Positions 9,838 to 19,282 of a stretch of 64,000 nucleotides of DNA are shown here, in pieces. The notes under the pieces were generated by a model that saw nothing but the letters and a program-made list of their open reading frames with translations, ran no database searches and had not been told where the DNA came from. Positions within the stretch are counted from its first letter, which is position 1, and each line of letters starts with the position of its first letter. The translations under genes were made by a program, and so were the position numbers. The stretch lies in IMG/VR virus record IMGVR_UViG_3300020154_000003, positions 1-64,000 of that record; one strand, written 5' to 3'.

Positions 9838-10319
9838 TATTCTTTTATAAATTTACCTTTATATGTTTCAATTATGTCACTACATATCCCCACTAAGGAT
9901 TCATTGAGAAAAGCATTATGTAGCTTATCGAAAGTCACGTTCTCGCTTTCAGGCAACACTGCAATACTATTTGCTACCGCACGATTGCCCGGATAAACCC
10001 AAACAAATCCTTTTGAAGTTATTGTATACCAATCCGTATTGTGCCAAAAATAATGGAATCGCTCACCGTTATTAACTAAGTAATTCAATGCCTCCTTATT
10101 TTTTGCGTGAATCCAGAAATGTGAATTAGATAAAAATTCAGGTGAGACTTCATATGTCGGTTCATCATGTCCTAAATAAGGCTTGTCCTTATGCAACCAC
10201 AAATCAATTTCAACATCATAACCTGCCATCAAAGCAGTTACGATATAGTTTGGGGAATTCTCCCAACCACTTTTCCCATTAATATTCCCGCGATGTGAAA
10301 TATATTTAAATTGTTCCAT
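9837..10319 (-). CDS. GDPD/PLC-like phosphodiesterase-fold protein
   Basis: SHRGN, EN(S)P, GYDVEIDLW, LGHD and WIHAKN motifs; short (160 aa). Confidence 0.7.
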   Translation of the reverse strand: MEQFKYISHRGNINGKSGWENSPNYIVTALMAGYDVEIDLWLHKDKPYLGHDEPTYEVSPEFLSNSHFWIHAKNKEALNYLVNNGERFHYFWHNTDWYTITSKGFVWVYPGNRAVANSIAVLPESENVTFDKLHNAFLNESLVGICSDIIETYKGKFIKE

Positions 10320-10650
10320 CTACCACATATTTATCATCTTGTACAGATGGGAGTTTAATCGCAACAATAGCTGCATCAGTTATTGCGCGGAACTCGATTA
10401 TTTCATTTTGAAAAACTTCAATAATATCACCCTCTCCAAAGATTTTATCATTCATTTGCACCTGTCCTGACACCACCACAGTATATTCTTTCGCTATCTT
10501 ATGATAATGTGCGTTATCGACATCGCCCTTCTGATAGTATTTTACAGCAATCTCAAAATCCTTACTATTAACCAGCACCGGATTAAAATTTCCCATGAAC
10601 CAGCCATTAGTAAAGTTTTTCAATTGATGTTTTAGCATATTATTTAACAA
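10306..10650 (-). CDS. Cupin-fold protein (sugar isomerase/epimerase-like)
   Basis: HYHKIAKEYTVVVSG cupin motif 1, followed by GDIIEV. Confidence 0.75.
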   Translation of the reverse strand: MLNNMLKHQLKNFTNGWFMGNFNPVLVNSKDFEIAVKYYQKGDVDNAHYHKIAKEYTVVVSGQVQMNDKIFGEGDIIEVFQNEIIEFRAITDAAIVAIKLPSVQDDKYVVDGTI

Positions 10651-10659
10651 ATATACAAT

Positions 10660-11403
10660 TTAATCTAATATTTTAGAGTGTTTTAAAAAATAGTCAAGGT
10701 CTTCGGGTACACCAATACCCCACATCTTTTTAACATCATAAACCGATATTTTATGATTTTCGGGAATAGCTTCATTATATACTGGTGCCACGTAAAATTC
10801 TCCGTTTACACGAATGTTTTTGTTGATCATTTGCTCCGCATATTTGACATAATCTCTTCCCTCTCTCCAAACATATATTCCAACCGTTGCAACTGTCGAT
10901 ATAGGTTCTTTTTCAGCAACCCTTTTTACAAGACCTTCATCGTTCAACTCCACAAAACTCCATTTAGGATGGGTCGATTCAAACGTTAGTACTACACCAC
11001 TTAATTTATTTGACTCGTCAAACTGTATTTCTAAGTAATTAAGGAACTTCGTTGAGTTATATTGAATAATTTGATCTGAATTGGCAATGATTAATGGTCG
11101 ATCATTATTAATATACTCTTTCGCAAGTAATGTTGTACAAGCTGCACCCTCAGTCAGTGAATCTACTACAACTATTGAGCATCCCGGCTTAATTAAATTC
11201 AAAACCATATCCAACTTATATTTTTCATGATGTTCTTTTTGAACTATAAAAACATAGTCACCATTAATAGATATGTTTTCAACAACAACCTGAATCATTG
11301 GCTTATTATTGATCGGTATTAATGGTTTGGGAAAAGTATAACCAGCATTGGCGAACCGTGAGCCTGCGCCAGCCATTGGGATGAGAATAATAGGTTTTTT
11401 CAT
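10660..11403 (-). CDS. Sugar-phosphate nucleotidyltransferase (GT2_BcE-like / NTP_transferase)
   Basis: IPMAGAGSRF, PKPLI, EGAACT, NSDQ, AEKEPIS, GEFYVAP, GVPEDL. Confidence 0.85.
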   Translation of the reverse strand: MKKPIILIPMAGAGSRFANAGYTFPKPLIPINNKPMIQVVVENISINGDYVFIVQKEHHEKYKLDMVLNLIKPGCSIVVVDSLTEGAACTTLLAKEYINNDRPLIIANSDQIIQYNSTKFLNYLEIQFDESNKLSGVVLTFESTHPKWSFVELNDEGLVKRVAEKEPISTVATVGIYVWREGRDYVKYAEQMINKNIRVNGEFYVAPVYNEAIPENHKISVYDVKKMWGIGVPEDLDYFLKHSKILD

Positions 11404-12044
11404 CTATAAAATCCCTTTGATGCTTGAATGTAATCCAAACGGAATTTTATTGGTTCGTAACGAATTTCACTACTATCTTTTACCTCATACAAATATGCTC
11501 CTGATTTTTTGGCAGCATCGATACCATATTTTGAATCTTCAAAAATCATTGTTTCAAGTGCATCACAACGACCTATTTCCATAGCCAATTCAAACATCTC
11601 AGGATCAGGTTTAGGGTGAATTACATTTTCATTTGAAAGATAATGATCTACATAATCCATCAAACCAGTCTTTTCAAGTGCTGCGCGAATAGTTGCATGT
11701 ATTGAATTTGATGCCACCATTATTTGATACCCATCTTCTTTCAATTTGCGTAATGCTTCGTTAACGTGTTCATCAGGTAATAGAGTGTCCTCAATTACTT
11801 GTGCTGTAATTGCTTGCTTACGATCCCAAACACGTTCATGTTCACTGAGTGGCAACCCTCTTTCCTCTGTAAGCATGTATAATTTTTGTTTTGTTGGAAG
11901 TCCATCATATCTACTTTCATGGTCTTCACGGTTGATGATGAATTTAGGATCAACTTCACCCAATGCCCGATTAAGTGCTTCATAGTGTACGTCCTTCAAT
12001 TCAATCAACGTACCATCCATATCAAATATTAATAATTTTATCAT
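11400..12044 (-). CDS. HAD-family phosphatase (beta-PGM/Gph-like)
   Basis: FDMDGTL (motif I), VASNS (II), KPDP (III), FEDS..G (IV). Confidence 0.9.
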   Translation of the reverse strand: MIKLLIFDMDGTLIELKDVHYEALNRALGEVDPKFIINREDHESRYDGLPTKQKLYMLTEERGLPLSEHERVWDRKQAITAQVIEDTLLPDEHVNEALRKLKEDGYQIMVASNSIHATIRAALEKTGLMDYVDHYLSNENVIHPKPDPEMFELAMEIGRCDALETMIFEDSKYGIDAAKKSGAYLYEVKDSSEIRYEPIKFRLDYIQASKGFYR

Positions 12045-12058
12045 TTGGTTAAATTTAA

Positions 12059-12784
12059 CTAACTATTAGTCCCTCTTGTATAAGGGTTAATTCCATATTT
12101 TTTAAACAATTCCTTCAACTCATTAGAATATTCATCAGTATTCCACTTACCCTTTACTACGGCAGTTGCTATATAGGGATATATCGAACTATCAAAATGA
12201 CTAGTACCCTTTCGTGAAGAGCCACCATCATCAATATAGTAACCGAAGATTTTTCTTTCTATACAAACTCGTTTTGCGTCAACCTCAAACTCCCATACGT
12301 TCCTACCTTTAGAATTATCATATACTTCTCTAAGTTTTTCAAAATTCCAGATTGTCGGTTGTATTGCGAACACACAATCAAACTTATTGGTGATTATTTT
12401 TAATTCAGGATAAGTCGCATCAGATAAGCCAAACGTAATCCCTCCTTTAATCAGTTTAACAAAATACTTATCCTCAATATTTGCTTTTAAATATTCAGTA
12501 AATACTTTAAGCTTATCATGGTTTGGAGTATCATACAAAAACATATCTTCATGTTGGAAAATACAATAATCGACAGTATTAATCTTTTTCAATGCTGATG
12601 ACATCCTTTCTCTATATGTGAGTTTATCATCATATAAAATAACTTCATAATTGATGGGAATACCAGCGACCCATTTATCTACTATGATGTAATGTTTATC
12701 CTCAGGGAAATACTTATTCATCTGACCAAAATATAATGGCCAAATGTCTTTGTAATCGCTATGAGTATAAACTATGAAATTCAT
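12059..12784 (-). CDS. Putative GT-A fold glycosyltransferase
   Basis: Cluster context; YCIFQHEDMFL acidic metal-binding-type motif; QPTIW and WEFE motifs. Confidence 0.55.
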   Translation of the reverse strand: MNFIVYTHSDYKDIWPLYFGQMNKYFPEDKHYIIVDKWVAGIPINYEVILYDDKLTYRERMSSALKKINTVDYCIFQHEDMFLYDTPNHDKLKVFTEYLKANIEDKYFVKLIKGGITFGLSDATYPELKIITNKFDCVFAIQPTIWNFEKLREVYDNSKGRNVWEFEVDAKRVCIERKIFGYYIDDGGSSRKGTSHFDSSIYPYIATAVVKGKWNTDEYSNELKELFKKYGINPYTRGTNS

Positions 12785-13440
12785 TGTTTTAATGTGTCTT
12801 TGGCTTTTCTACCCCAACCAAGATGTCTCACATAACCTTGATCAAATATAGCTGCACGGAAACCTAATTCACCATACTTGACACTAACCCAAGGCTCTCC
12901 ATCAAATTGTTCTATTGGTTTAATTAATTCATAATCACGTAATCTTCTCAAACCCGGATTGAAGCTAAACCCATTCCACACACTGAAGTAATGCATTGCA
13001 AGCAGTCTAAATTTCTTACCTCCAATGCTACTGGCATAGTATTGCGGATCAAGAGGATGTCCATTAGTATCATTGACTTCCCTCAACCATACTTGGATAA
13101 TTTTTTTATTAGACTCCAGAACTTCTAAACTGTCCTCAATGAACCCACTTCGATAAAATTCCCAATCTTCTTCACAATGAAAGATGTATTCAGTATCGAC
13201 ATGAGCATATGCCAAGTCAATAGATTTCATTTGACCTAGATTTTTAGGATTGTCAATCCACACAAAATTATGATCTTTATACTTCTCTTTTAAATGATCG
13301 TTAATATTTGGTTTACCTGAATCTTCAATTACCACATACTTTTTAATTGGATATGTGTTAAACTTGAAAAAGGAATCAAGAGTTTTTTCTAACAAGTCAG
13401 GTCTATTGCACGATGTCAAAACGAATGTTACTTCTTTCAT
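12781..13440 (-). CDS. Glycosyltransferase family 2
   Basis: TSCNRPDLLEKTL, IEDSG, NLGQ, YIFHCEEDWEF. Confidence 0.8.
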   Translation of the reverse strand: MKEVTFVLTSCNRPDLLEKTLDSFFKFNTYPIKKYVVIEDSGKPNINDHLKEKYKDHNFVWIDNPKNLGQMKSIDLAYAHVDTEYIFHCEEDWEFYRSGFIEDSLEVLESNKKIIQVWLREVNDTNGHPLDPQYYASSIGGKKFRLLAMHYFSVWNGFSFNPGLRRLRDYELIKPIEQFDGEPWVSVKYGELGFRAAIFDQGYVRHLGWGRKAKDTLKQ

Positions 13441-14180
13441 TAAATAACTGGTTTACTTTTAGTTAAATACTCATTGAAGGCTTTTGTTACTTCCTGATCT
13501 TCATAGAAATAGTGTCTACCAATACCAACTTTTCTATTTGCATCAGGTATTCGAGATTTCGATCTATGAACTTTAAATAGTAGATACTCTAAAGACAATC
13601 CTTTATAGTGTAATAATTTTAATCCACCATAAGCAGTAGCTTTCACATTCCCCTTGGGATCAGAATAGTGACATCCCATACCATAATCGATTTCATCTAA
13701 ATCGTCAGGGGAGAATATTACTTGCTTATCCATCATTTCAAATTTGCATCCGTTTTTTACTCGCTCAGTTAGCTGCAAATCTGGTTTAAATTCAGGAAAC
13801 ACGTTGCTATACATATTATATCCTTCTGGTTTGAAGATTGTTATTCCTGCCTTCTTTTTTTCATCCAAAAATTGATGAATATTCTCGTGGTATAAGAATT
13901 CATCCAAATCACAAACAATCACATAATCCACGTTCTGATTTTTAGAATCTTTCCATGCATTATTTTTTATTTTTGTGAACACAAGATCATCTTGTTTGTT
14001 ATTCGACTCATATTGTCTGATTTCATGATCTACACCAGAATTTTTGATGATCTCAATACTACTATCAGTGCTAAAATTGTCGTAGAAAAAGAACTTTGAT
14101 ACGAAAGTTCTGTAGTGATTTATAAAAAACGGAAGTAAATCTTCCTCGTTATAAAGAATTGTATATAGATGTATTTTCAT
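13440..14180 (-). CDS. Glycosyltransferase, GT2/GT92-like
   Basis: YNEEDLLPFFINHY, YDNFSTD, IVCDLDEFL (DxD), LLHY. Confidence 0.8.
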   Translation of the reverse strand: MKIHLYTILYNEEDLLPFFINHYRTFVSKFFFYDNFSTDSSIEIIKNSGVDHEIRQYESNNKQDDLVFTKIKNNAWKDSKNQNVDYVIVCDLDEFLYHENIHQFLDEKKKAGITIFKPEGYNMYSNVFPEFKPDLQLTERVKNGCKFEMMDKQVIFSPDDLDEIDYGMGCHYSDPKGNVKATAYGGLKLLHYKGLSLEYLLFKVHRSKSRIPDANRKVGIGRHYFYEDQEVTKAFNEYLTKSKPVI

Positions 14181-14986
14181 TAAACAAATTTTGATTTTTC
14201 ATATAATCCAACTCTCATAAAAAACCATTTATGATATAGATGATTGTTAATTATCTGCCAAGTAGGATATTTTATTAAGTTGGTTGTTTTTGTTGGTTGA
14301 AAAAATTCATTACTAAATTCATCGTTTGCATTACTGTCGGGCCAACCATTAATTAATGCCTTGTGGTATTCACTCCCAATTTTGAAGTCATGCATAGCAT
14401 GTTCTTGCATCATGATGAGAATATTCATATTTTTTGAATTAGAATAAAACCATTGATCAGCATACCCTGCATTCAATTGTGCCCACATTGAAGAATAAAT
14501 GTACTGCATATCGGCCTCAGGCATAAAATTCATTAAAGAAACATTATATCCTCTGTGCAAACCACTTCTATGTCCCAAATCAAAACGAGCAGTGACAACC
14601 ACATCATATTCAAAATCATATTCCAATTCGTGAGTATATTTAAATATGATTGACGCACCTCTACTGGTATAAAAGCTTAATGACGATTGGATAGTACAAT
14701 CTTTGAAGATTGTTTCTGATCTGTTGAAATCTTTATCAATATCACTTTGAGACAACCCCCTTTTTTTAGCTAAAGCTTCGAAGTCAGCTTGTTTATCGAA
14801 AACAGCAAATTTTGGATTATAAAGACCTCTAATTTTATCTTCATTCTCCAAATCCCATGAATGTATAAAGACATCAACGTTAGGATATTTAAGTATATTA
14901 TCCTTAATGTAATTATACCCCTTCATTCCAGCATTAGAATCTCCCTTATTGTTGAAGTACCCGTACAAACAAAGTGCTATTTTCAT
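14180..14986 (-). CDS. Uncharacterised glycosyltransferase-like protein
   Basis: IALCLYG, DVFIHSWD, YDVVVTARFDL and DQWFY motifs, of the kind seen in phage and giant-virus glyco-cluster proteins; cluster context. Confidence 0.5.
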   Translation of the reverse strand: MKIALCLYGYFNNKGDSNAGMKGYNYIKDNILKYPNVDVFIHSWDLENEDKIRGLYNPKFAVFDKQADFEALAKKRGLSQSDIDKDFNRSETIFKDCTIQSSLSFYTSRGASIIFKYTHELEYDFEYDVVVTARFDLGHRSGLHRGYNVSLMNFMPEADMQYIYSSMWAQLNAGYADQWFYSNSKNMNILIMMQEHAMHDFKIGSEYHKALINGWPDSNANDEFSNEFFQPTKTTNLIKYPTWQIINNHLYHKWFFMRVGLYEKSKFV

Positions 14987-15621
14987 ATTGTTCTATATTT
15001 TTTAAAAACATCAAATTCAGTCAAGTCTCTATATCCCAATCCATCATTTTCCCCAAGATCGGGCATAGACGCAGGGTAATTAAGCATTAACGTCAATCCC
15101 CTTGCAGCTTCTTCAGGAGTCATATAGAAATTATAACCAGTTAATTTGATATTATCTTCCATGTAATTCTTTTCAGAGCGTCCTTCATATCTCATCTGCT
15201 TGAACCATTCAATTGCATTCGGATCATCGAATAGTATAGCACCACCCTTACCGATTGGTAATTGTTTCTTTATGTGGAATGAGAGACACATCATTGATCC
15301 GGGGATATACATGTCTGAGGTAAGCCGCTTTGCACTATCGTAAATCGGATATGGATCAAGTCTATACAATCCACTCCATTCCATATCTTTAAAAACAGGT
15401 ATACCACCAGACAAAATCACAGCTTGCGCTACAGATAGATATGTGCGCTTAGGTACAATAACGTCCTTTCCTTGCACTTTATGATAAAGTAATGAGAGTA
15501 AGAGTGCGTTAGTACAACTATCTACTACAACACAATATGGTGCCCCTGTATACTCGCACAGTTCTTCCTCAAACATTTGATTAACTTTGAAAGGATTATG
15601 TTTTATACTTTTAAGTGACAT
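14983..15621 (-). CDS. DegT/DnrJ/EryC1/StrS PLP-dependent sugar aminotransferase (short form)
   Basis: SCTNAL, YDSA (PLP Asp), SFHIKK..IGKGG (catalytic Lys), GYNFYM; only 212 aa. Confidence 0.85.
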   Translation of the reverse strand: MSLKSIKHNPFKVNQMFEEELCEYTGAPYCVVVDSCTNALLLSLLYHKVQGKDVIVPKRTYLSVAQAVILSGGIPVFKDMEWSGLYRLDPYPIYDSAKRLTSDMYIPGSMMCLSFHIKKQLPIGKGGAILFDDPNAIEWFKQMRYEGRSEKNYMEDNIKLTGYNFYMTPEEAARGLTLMLNYPASMPDLGENDGLGYRDLTEFDVFKKYRTI

Positions 15622-16047
15622 TTATCTATTAACAATTTTATAATATTTGAATTCCTCATCCTGTCCAACTTGAGTAAAACCAGATGAAATAAACATTTTA
15701 TGACTTGGAATATTATTGTGTTTAACTTTGGCGACAGCGGTAGGGTGTACTTCCTTAATTTTATCTAACATAAAACTACCTACTCCTTTACCATGAATGT
15801 CAGGTATGACTGCGATTCGGATGTCGTTATCAACAACACCCACAAAACCTACTGGAATTTGATAATCAATACCTTCTAGGTGGGCCAAACAGATGAAATA
15901 ACCATCGTTATGCTTTTCCATGTAAGCATTCTGTTGTTCGACAGTTATTTTAACTTGTTCTACAAAAGAATCCTTTATTCGATCATCGCTTCTGAGCGTT
16001 CTTATGAAATCCCAATACTTTGGTTCATTTTTTACGAATTGTAACAT
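15622..16047 (-). CDS. GNAT-family N-acetyltransferase
   Basis: HGKGVG acetyl-CoA loop, NIPSHKMF...GF; directly after the aminotransferase. Confidence 0.8.
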   Translation of the reverse strand: MLQFVKNEPKYWDFIRTLRSDDRIKDSFVEQVKITVEQQNAYMEKHNDGYFICLAHLEGIDYQIPVGFVGVVDNDIRIAVIPDIHGKGVGSFMLDKIKEVHPTAVAKVKHNNIPSHKMFISSGFTQVGQDEEFKYYKIVNR

Positions 16048-16048
16048 T

Positions 16049-16816
16049 CTACCATATGCAAGTTTTTTTAAGTGATTCCCCGCCAGTTAAGTAACCTCTT
16101 AAACCCTTCATACCCATATATGGATTTAATGTTGTACCAATATCAATATATGTATTATCTGGTGCTATCTTAAAAAGTTCATACTGCAATACATTGCTCA
16201 ATGATGATGCTGAAAATAGGAAAATATGGTTTTTAATCTCATTATCCATCACCCATTTTTTCATCGTCTCAATGAGATCATAGTTATTTATTATGCAGTT
16301 TGCTCCTACTCTAAAATCTTTTTTTACTTTGAAAGGAAGTGTATCTAGGGTTGCATTTTCATTGACCACATACACAATACCGTCATTTTCTCTTTTCTTT
16401 AAAAGAGGAACAATGTGTTCCATGAAGAGAGGATAATTTGAATTAACCCACAAATTCGACCACGTTAGATTTTGATGATCGCCACCATACCAATCAACCA
16501 TTTCCTGAAAATCGCTATATCCAACGCAGCATCGACAACTCAGACCTACAAAATAATTATCAGCCTTGTGCTGGTATGATTGCATTAAATGATCGCTAAA
16601 AAATTTATGCTGTTTAGGGTGAAAGTGTTTATGATCTTCAGGAGCATATCTGCCCGGACTCTTTGAGTTACCTATCACAAAATGATCATCAGCTAACTTC
16701 AATTCTTGTTCTTGAAGTATTCTAAGTTCACCATCGCTAAAGCGTAGGAATGCGAAATTTTCTTTATTTGCAATCTTACCATGAAGCAACCAAAAATGTT
16801 TTTTAAAATCTTTCAT
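16049..16816 (-). CDS. GT-D fold (DUF1792-like) glycosyltransferase
   Basis: FAFLRFSDGE N-terminal signature and IDIG motif near the C-terminus. Confidence 0.6.
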   Translation of the reverse strand: MKDFKKHFWLLHGKIANKENFAFLRFSDGELRILQEQELKLADDHFVIGNSKSPGRYAPEDHKHFHPKQHKFFSDHLMQSYQHKADNYFVGLSCRCCVGYSDFQEMVDWYGGDHQNLTWSNLWVNSNYPLFMEHIVPLLKKRENDGIVYVVNENATLDTLPFKVKKDFRVGANCIINNYDLIETMKKWVMDNEIKNHIFLFSASSLSNVLQYELFKIAPDNTYIDIGTTLNPYMGMKGLRGYLTGGESLKKTCIW

Positions 16817-16817
16817 A

Positions 16818-17552
16818 TTAATGGTTTTTTATTATCCAACCATTATTACAACATTCCCGAACAATATGATCTCGAACATTATTATGATTGTTATTATGTA
16901 GCCAGCTTGCAGATGCATCATTACCGTGCTTAAATCCAAAAGCAGGATCACAACTCCATAAAGTAGTGTCATCTTCAGGATGAGGTGGAACCCATGTTTT
17001 TATTTTTCCATATTTTTGAAGTAAATATGAAAACATAATGTCCTCACCATTTTCCCAAGAAACAGGTTTTTCATACCACATGTATTTACTCCACGTTGAT
17101 TTCCAAAACCAAGCATGTCCTACCAGATCAACATCAGTAGGTATAGTACGTCTCACGCCATTCCACCCTATCTTTTGATTAGGGCCATACGAAGTAGTGT
17201 TAGGTAACACCACACCACTACCTCCAAGTAAACCATCGACTTGATCCATTGTCTCAAGGCAGTTTTTAAACCAATTTACTCCGGGCAGAACGTCATCGTC
17301 AAAGAGCGCAACATATTCAGTTTGCACCAACATTGCTGCAGCAAATCTGCCGTGGAATTTTGTATTTTGGTTACAAACAAAGATTCTATGACTAGAATTT
17401 TTAGGTGCAGCCTGCTTGGCAGTTCCTTTATTGTACCAAACCCATATATTTTCATCCCGTACTGGAACTGATTGATTCTTTATTGCCTCAATCTGAGCCT
17501 CAAGAGTATGTGCCCTGTTGTAAACATTCAAAATGACGGTTATCTCGCTCAC
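16818..17552 (-). CDS. Glycosyltransferase family 2
   Basis: ILNVYNR, EYVALFDDDVLPG, GEDIMFS. Confidence 0.8.
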   Translation of the reverse strand: MSEITVILNVYNRAHTLEAQIEAIKNQSVPVRDENIWVWYNKGTAKQAAPKNSSHRIFVCNQNTKFHGRFAAAMLVQTEYVALFDDDVLPGVNWFKNCLETMDQVDGLLGGSGVVLPNTTSYGPNQKIGWNGVRRTIPTDVDLVGHAWFWKSTWSKYMWYEKPVSWENGEDIMFSYLLQKYGKIKTWVPPHPEDDTTLWSCDPAFGFKHGNDASASWLHNNNHNNVRDHIVRECCNNGWIIKNH

Positions 17553-17565
17553 TACTACCTATCCT

Positions 17566-18219
17566 TTATATAAGATTATGCTTTCTCATCACTATCATCG
17601 GTGCTTCATTTTCATTATTTGCCAATGAAGTAATTCCTTCATCCAGATAATATGCATAAAACATATTATTCTCTCCACCGAGTGCTATTCCTTCATGACC
17701 GTTTTTAACCATGCTCAAATACATATCCCAATCTTGAAGTCTTTTCAATGATTCGTCAAATCTTGGAAATGCTTCACGCTTCATTAATGACATTGTTGAG
17801 ATGTAATTACCTCTTTTCAATTGAGTGCTATTGAACGCCAACGTAGGTATTTTAAAATTACCTCTCATTGGATGTGTTTGAGGATGAAGAACTATTCCAT
17901 GATAACCAGTATAGGCAAATGATTTATCGGGATTATCTTGTAATAAATTGAATAGATTTTCTAAATAATCTTTACGCAAGACAATATCATCATCACAAAA
18001 GAATATATATGGTTGTGTTGATAGATCAAAACCATCATTTCTTTTCTTAGGCGCACCACCTATATTGTCATTTACGATAATTTCTGCAGGTCTATTTGCC
18101 TCAAGCATGGGCAACACAATATTTTCAAAAAAATCCCTTCTCTTGGAACCTAATGGAACAATAAACGATACTGGTAAACAGTCATCAAAATCCTCAAATA
18201 ATTTATCAACCGTAATCAT
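17566..18219 (-). CDS. Glycosyltransferase family 2
   Basis: SFIVP, KRNDG, FFCDDDIVL, QDWDMYL. Confidence 0.85.
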   Translation of the reverse strand: MITVDKLFEDFDDCLPVSFIVPLGSKRRDFFENIVLPMLEANRPAEIIVNDNIGGAPKKRNDGFDLSTQPYIFFCDDDIVLRKDYLENLFNLLQDNPDKSFAYTGYHGIVLHPQTHPMRGNFKIPTLAFNSTQLKRGNYISTMSLMKREAFPRFDESLKRLQDWDMYLSMVKNGHEGIALGGENNMFYAYYLDEGITSLANNENEAPMIVMRKHNLI

Positions 18220-18950
18220 AGTATTATTTTTGCAGGCAAGTCATCTTTATATAATTCAACAAATAACTGTCTATTCTCTTCCCACTCTGAATTGGTCTCA
18301 CCAACTGATTTATGCATCACACTAATACGATCAACAACACCAATATTGCAGCCTTCCAAATAATTCCTAAAACAGAAAGAGATGTCGTATAAATGAAATC
18401 CCTTAAACCTTTCGTCAAACATCTCTGCGACAGTTCTACCATTAACAGCCATAAAAAGACCATCGATGGTAACAACTTCTTTAACCCCTGAGATTTTTTC
18501 TGAATATATGCTTTCCCATTCACGTAACCCGTTGGTGTGCCATACACGACCAAACATTTTACTGTGATTCATTTCCTTTCCATCAGGAGTTAGCCACCAA
18601 CATCCATGTGAATTAAGTTCAGTCGTACCAGCAATACCTATGATGTCGAAATATTGATATTTAAACAATCCAAGCAGTATGCGACCCCAATCTTTAGTTT
18701 TGAAAACAATATCATTGTGACAAAACACAATAATTCCATCGCCTCTACCAATTTCTTTGATATGGTTCCAACCTAAATTATAAGCTTCAGTCAAAGAGTA
18801 TTGACGTTTATTTACAATACAATGTACATAAACATCGACCTGACCGACTGTTTCTTTAACATGTTTAATGAATTCATTATTTTCATCATCGGAAAGATGA
18901 CTACTGAATATTATTGATAATTTACTTCTCATTGTTTGCCTTAAAAGCAA
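18216..18950 (-). CDS. Glycosyltransferase-like family 2 protein
   Basis: SLTEAYNLG, FCHNDI, DGLFMAV, FDERFKGFHLYDISF. Confidence 0.8.
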   Translation of the reverse strand: MLLRQTMRSKLSIIFSSHLSDDENNEFIKHVKETVGQVDVYVHCIVNKRQYSLTEAYNLGWNHIKEIGRGDGIIVFCHNDIVFKTKDWGRILLGLFKYQYFDIIGIAGTTELNSHGCWWLTPDGKEMNHSKMFGRVWHTNGLREWESIYSEKISGVKEVVTIDGLFMAVNGRTVAEMFDERFKGFHLYDISFCFRNYLEGCNIGVVDRISVMHKSVGETNSEWEENRQLFVELYKDDLPAKIIL

Positions 18951-18965
18951 ACATAGTTAAACTAT

Positions 18966-19277
18966 TTAAGATTCCATATATTTTCTTAAACTATTTTCAA
19001 AAATCATTTTCGCTTTCTCTAAAGGGAAAGGAATGCGAATAATAGTGCCATCAGGAATATCAAATTCACTGATATACTGCGGATTAGCATACATAATTAA
19101 AAAGTCATACATCGGACTACTGTAATAATCTGATGAAATAATATCCATTCTACTAAATCCTTCTCTCCATTCTTCATATTTATCTGAGGAACTAACTGGA
19201 ATATTTACAAAAGGAGGCATATCAATACTTCCATCGTTATTTTTTAGTATTTGGTATCTATCGTAATCTGCTTGCAT
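18966..19277 (-). CDS. Baseplate wedge protein, T4 gp53/LysM-like
   Basis: RMDIISSDYYSSPMYDFLIMYAN...IPDGTIIRIP matches the gp53/LysM-type pattern. Confidence 0.65.
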   Translation of the reverse strand: MQADYDRYQILKNNDGSIDMPPFVNIPVSSSDKYEEWREGFSRMDIISSDYYSSPMYDFLIMYANPQYISEFDIPDGTIIRIPFPLEKAKMIFENSLRKYMES

Positions 19278-19282
19278 CTTAA

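Noticed and set aside
8818-18950. Host capsule/O-antigen locus or assembly chimera
   Set aside because: No flippase, polymerase, exporter or priming transferase; gene junctions are continuous with phage genes on both sides and composition looks uniform.
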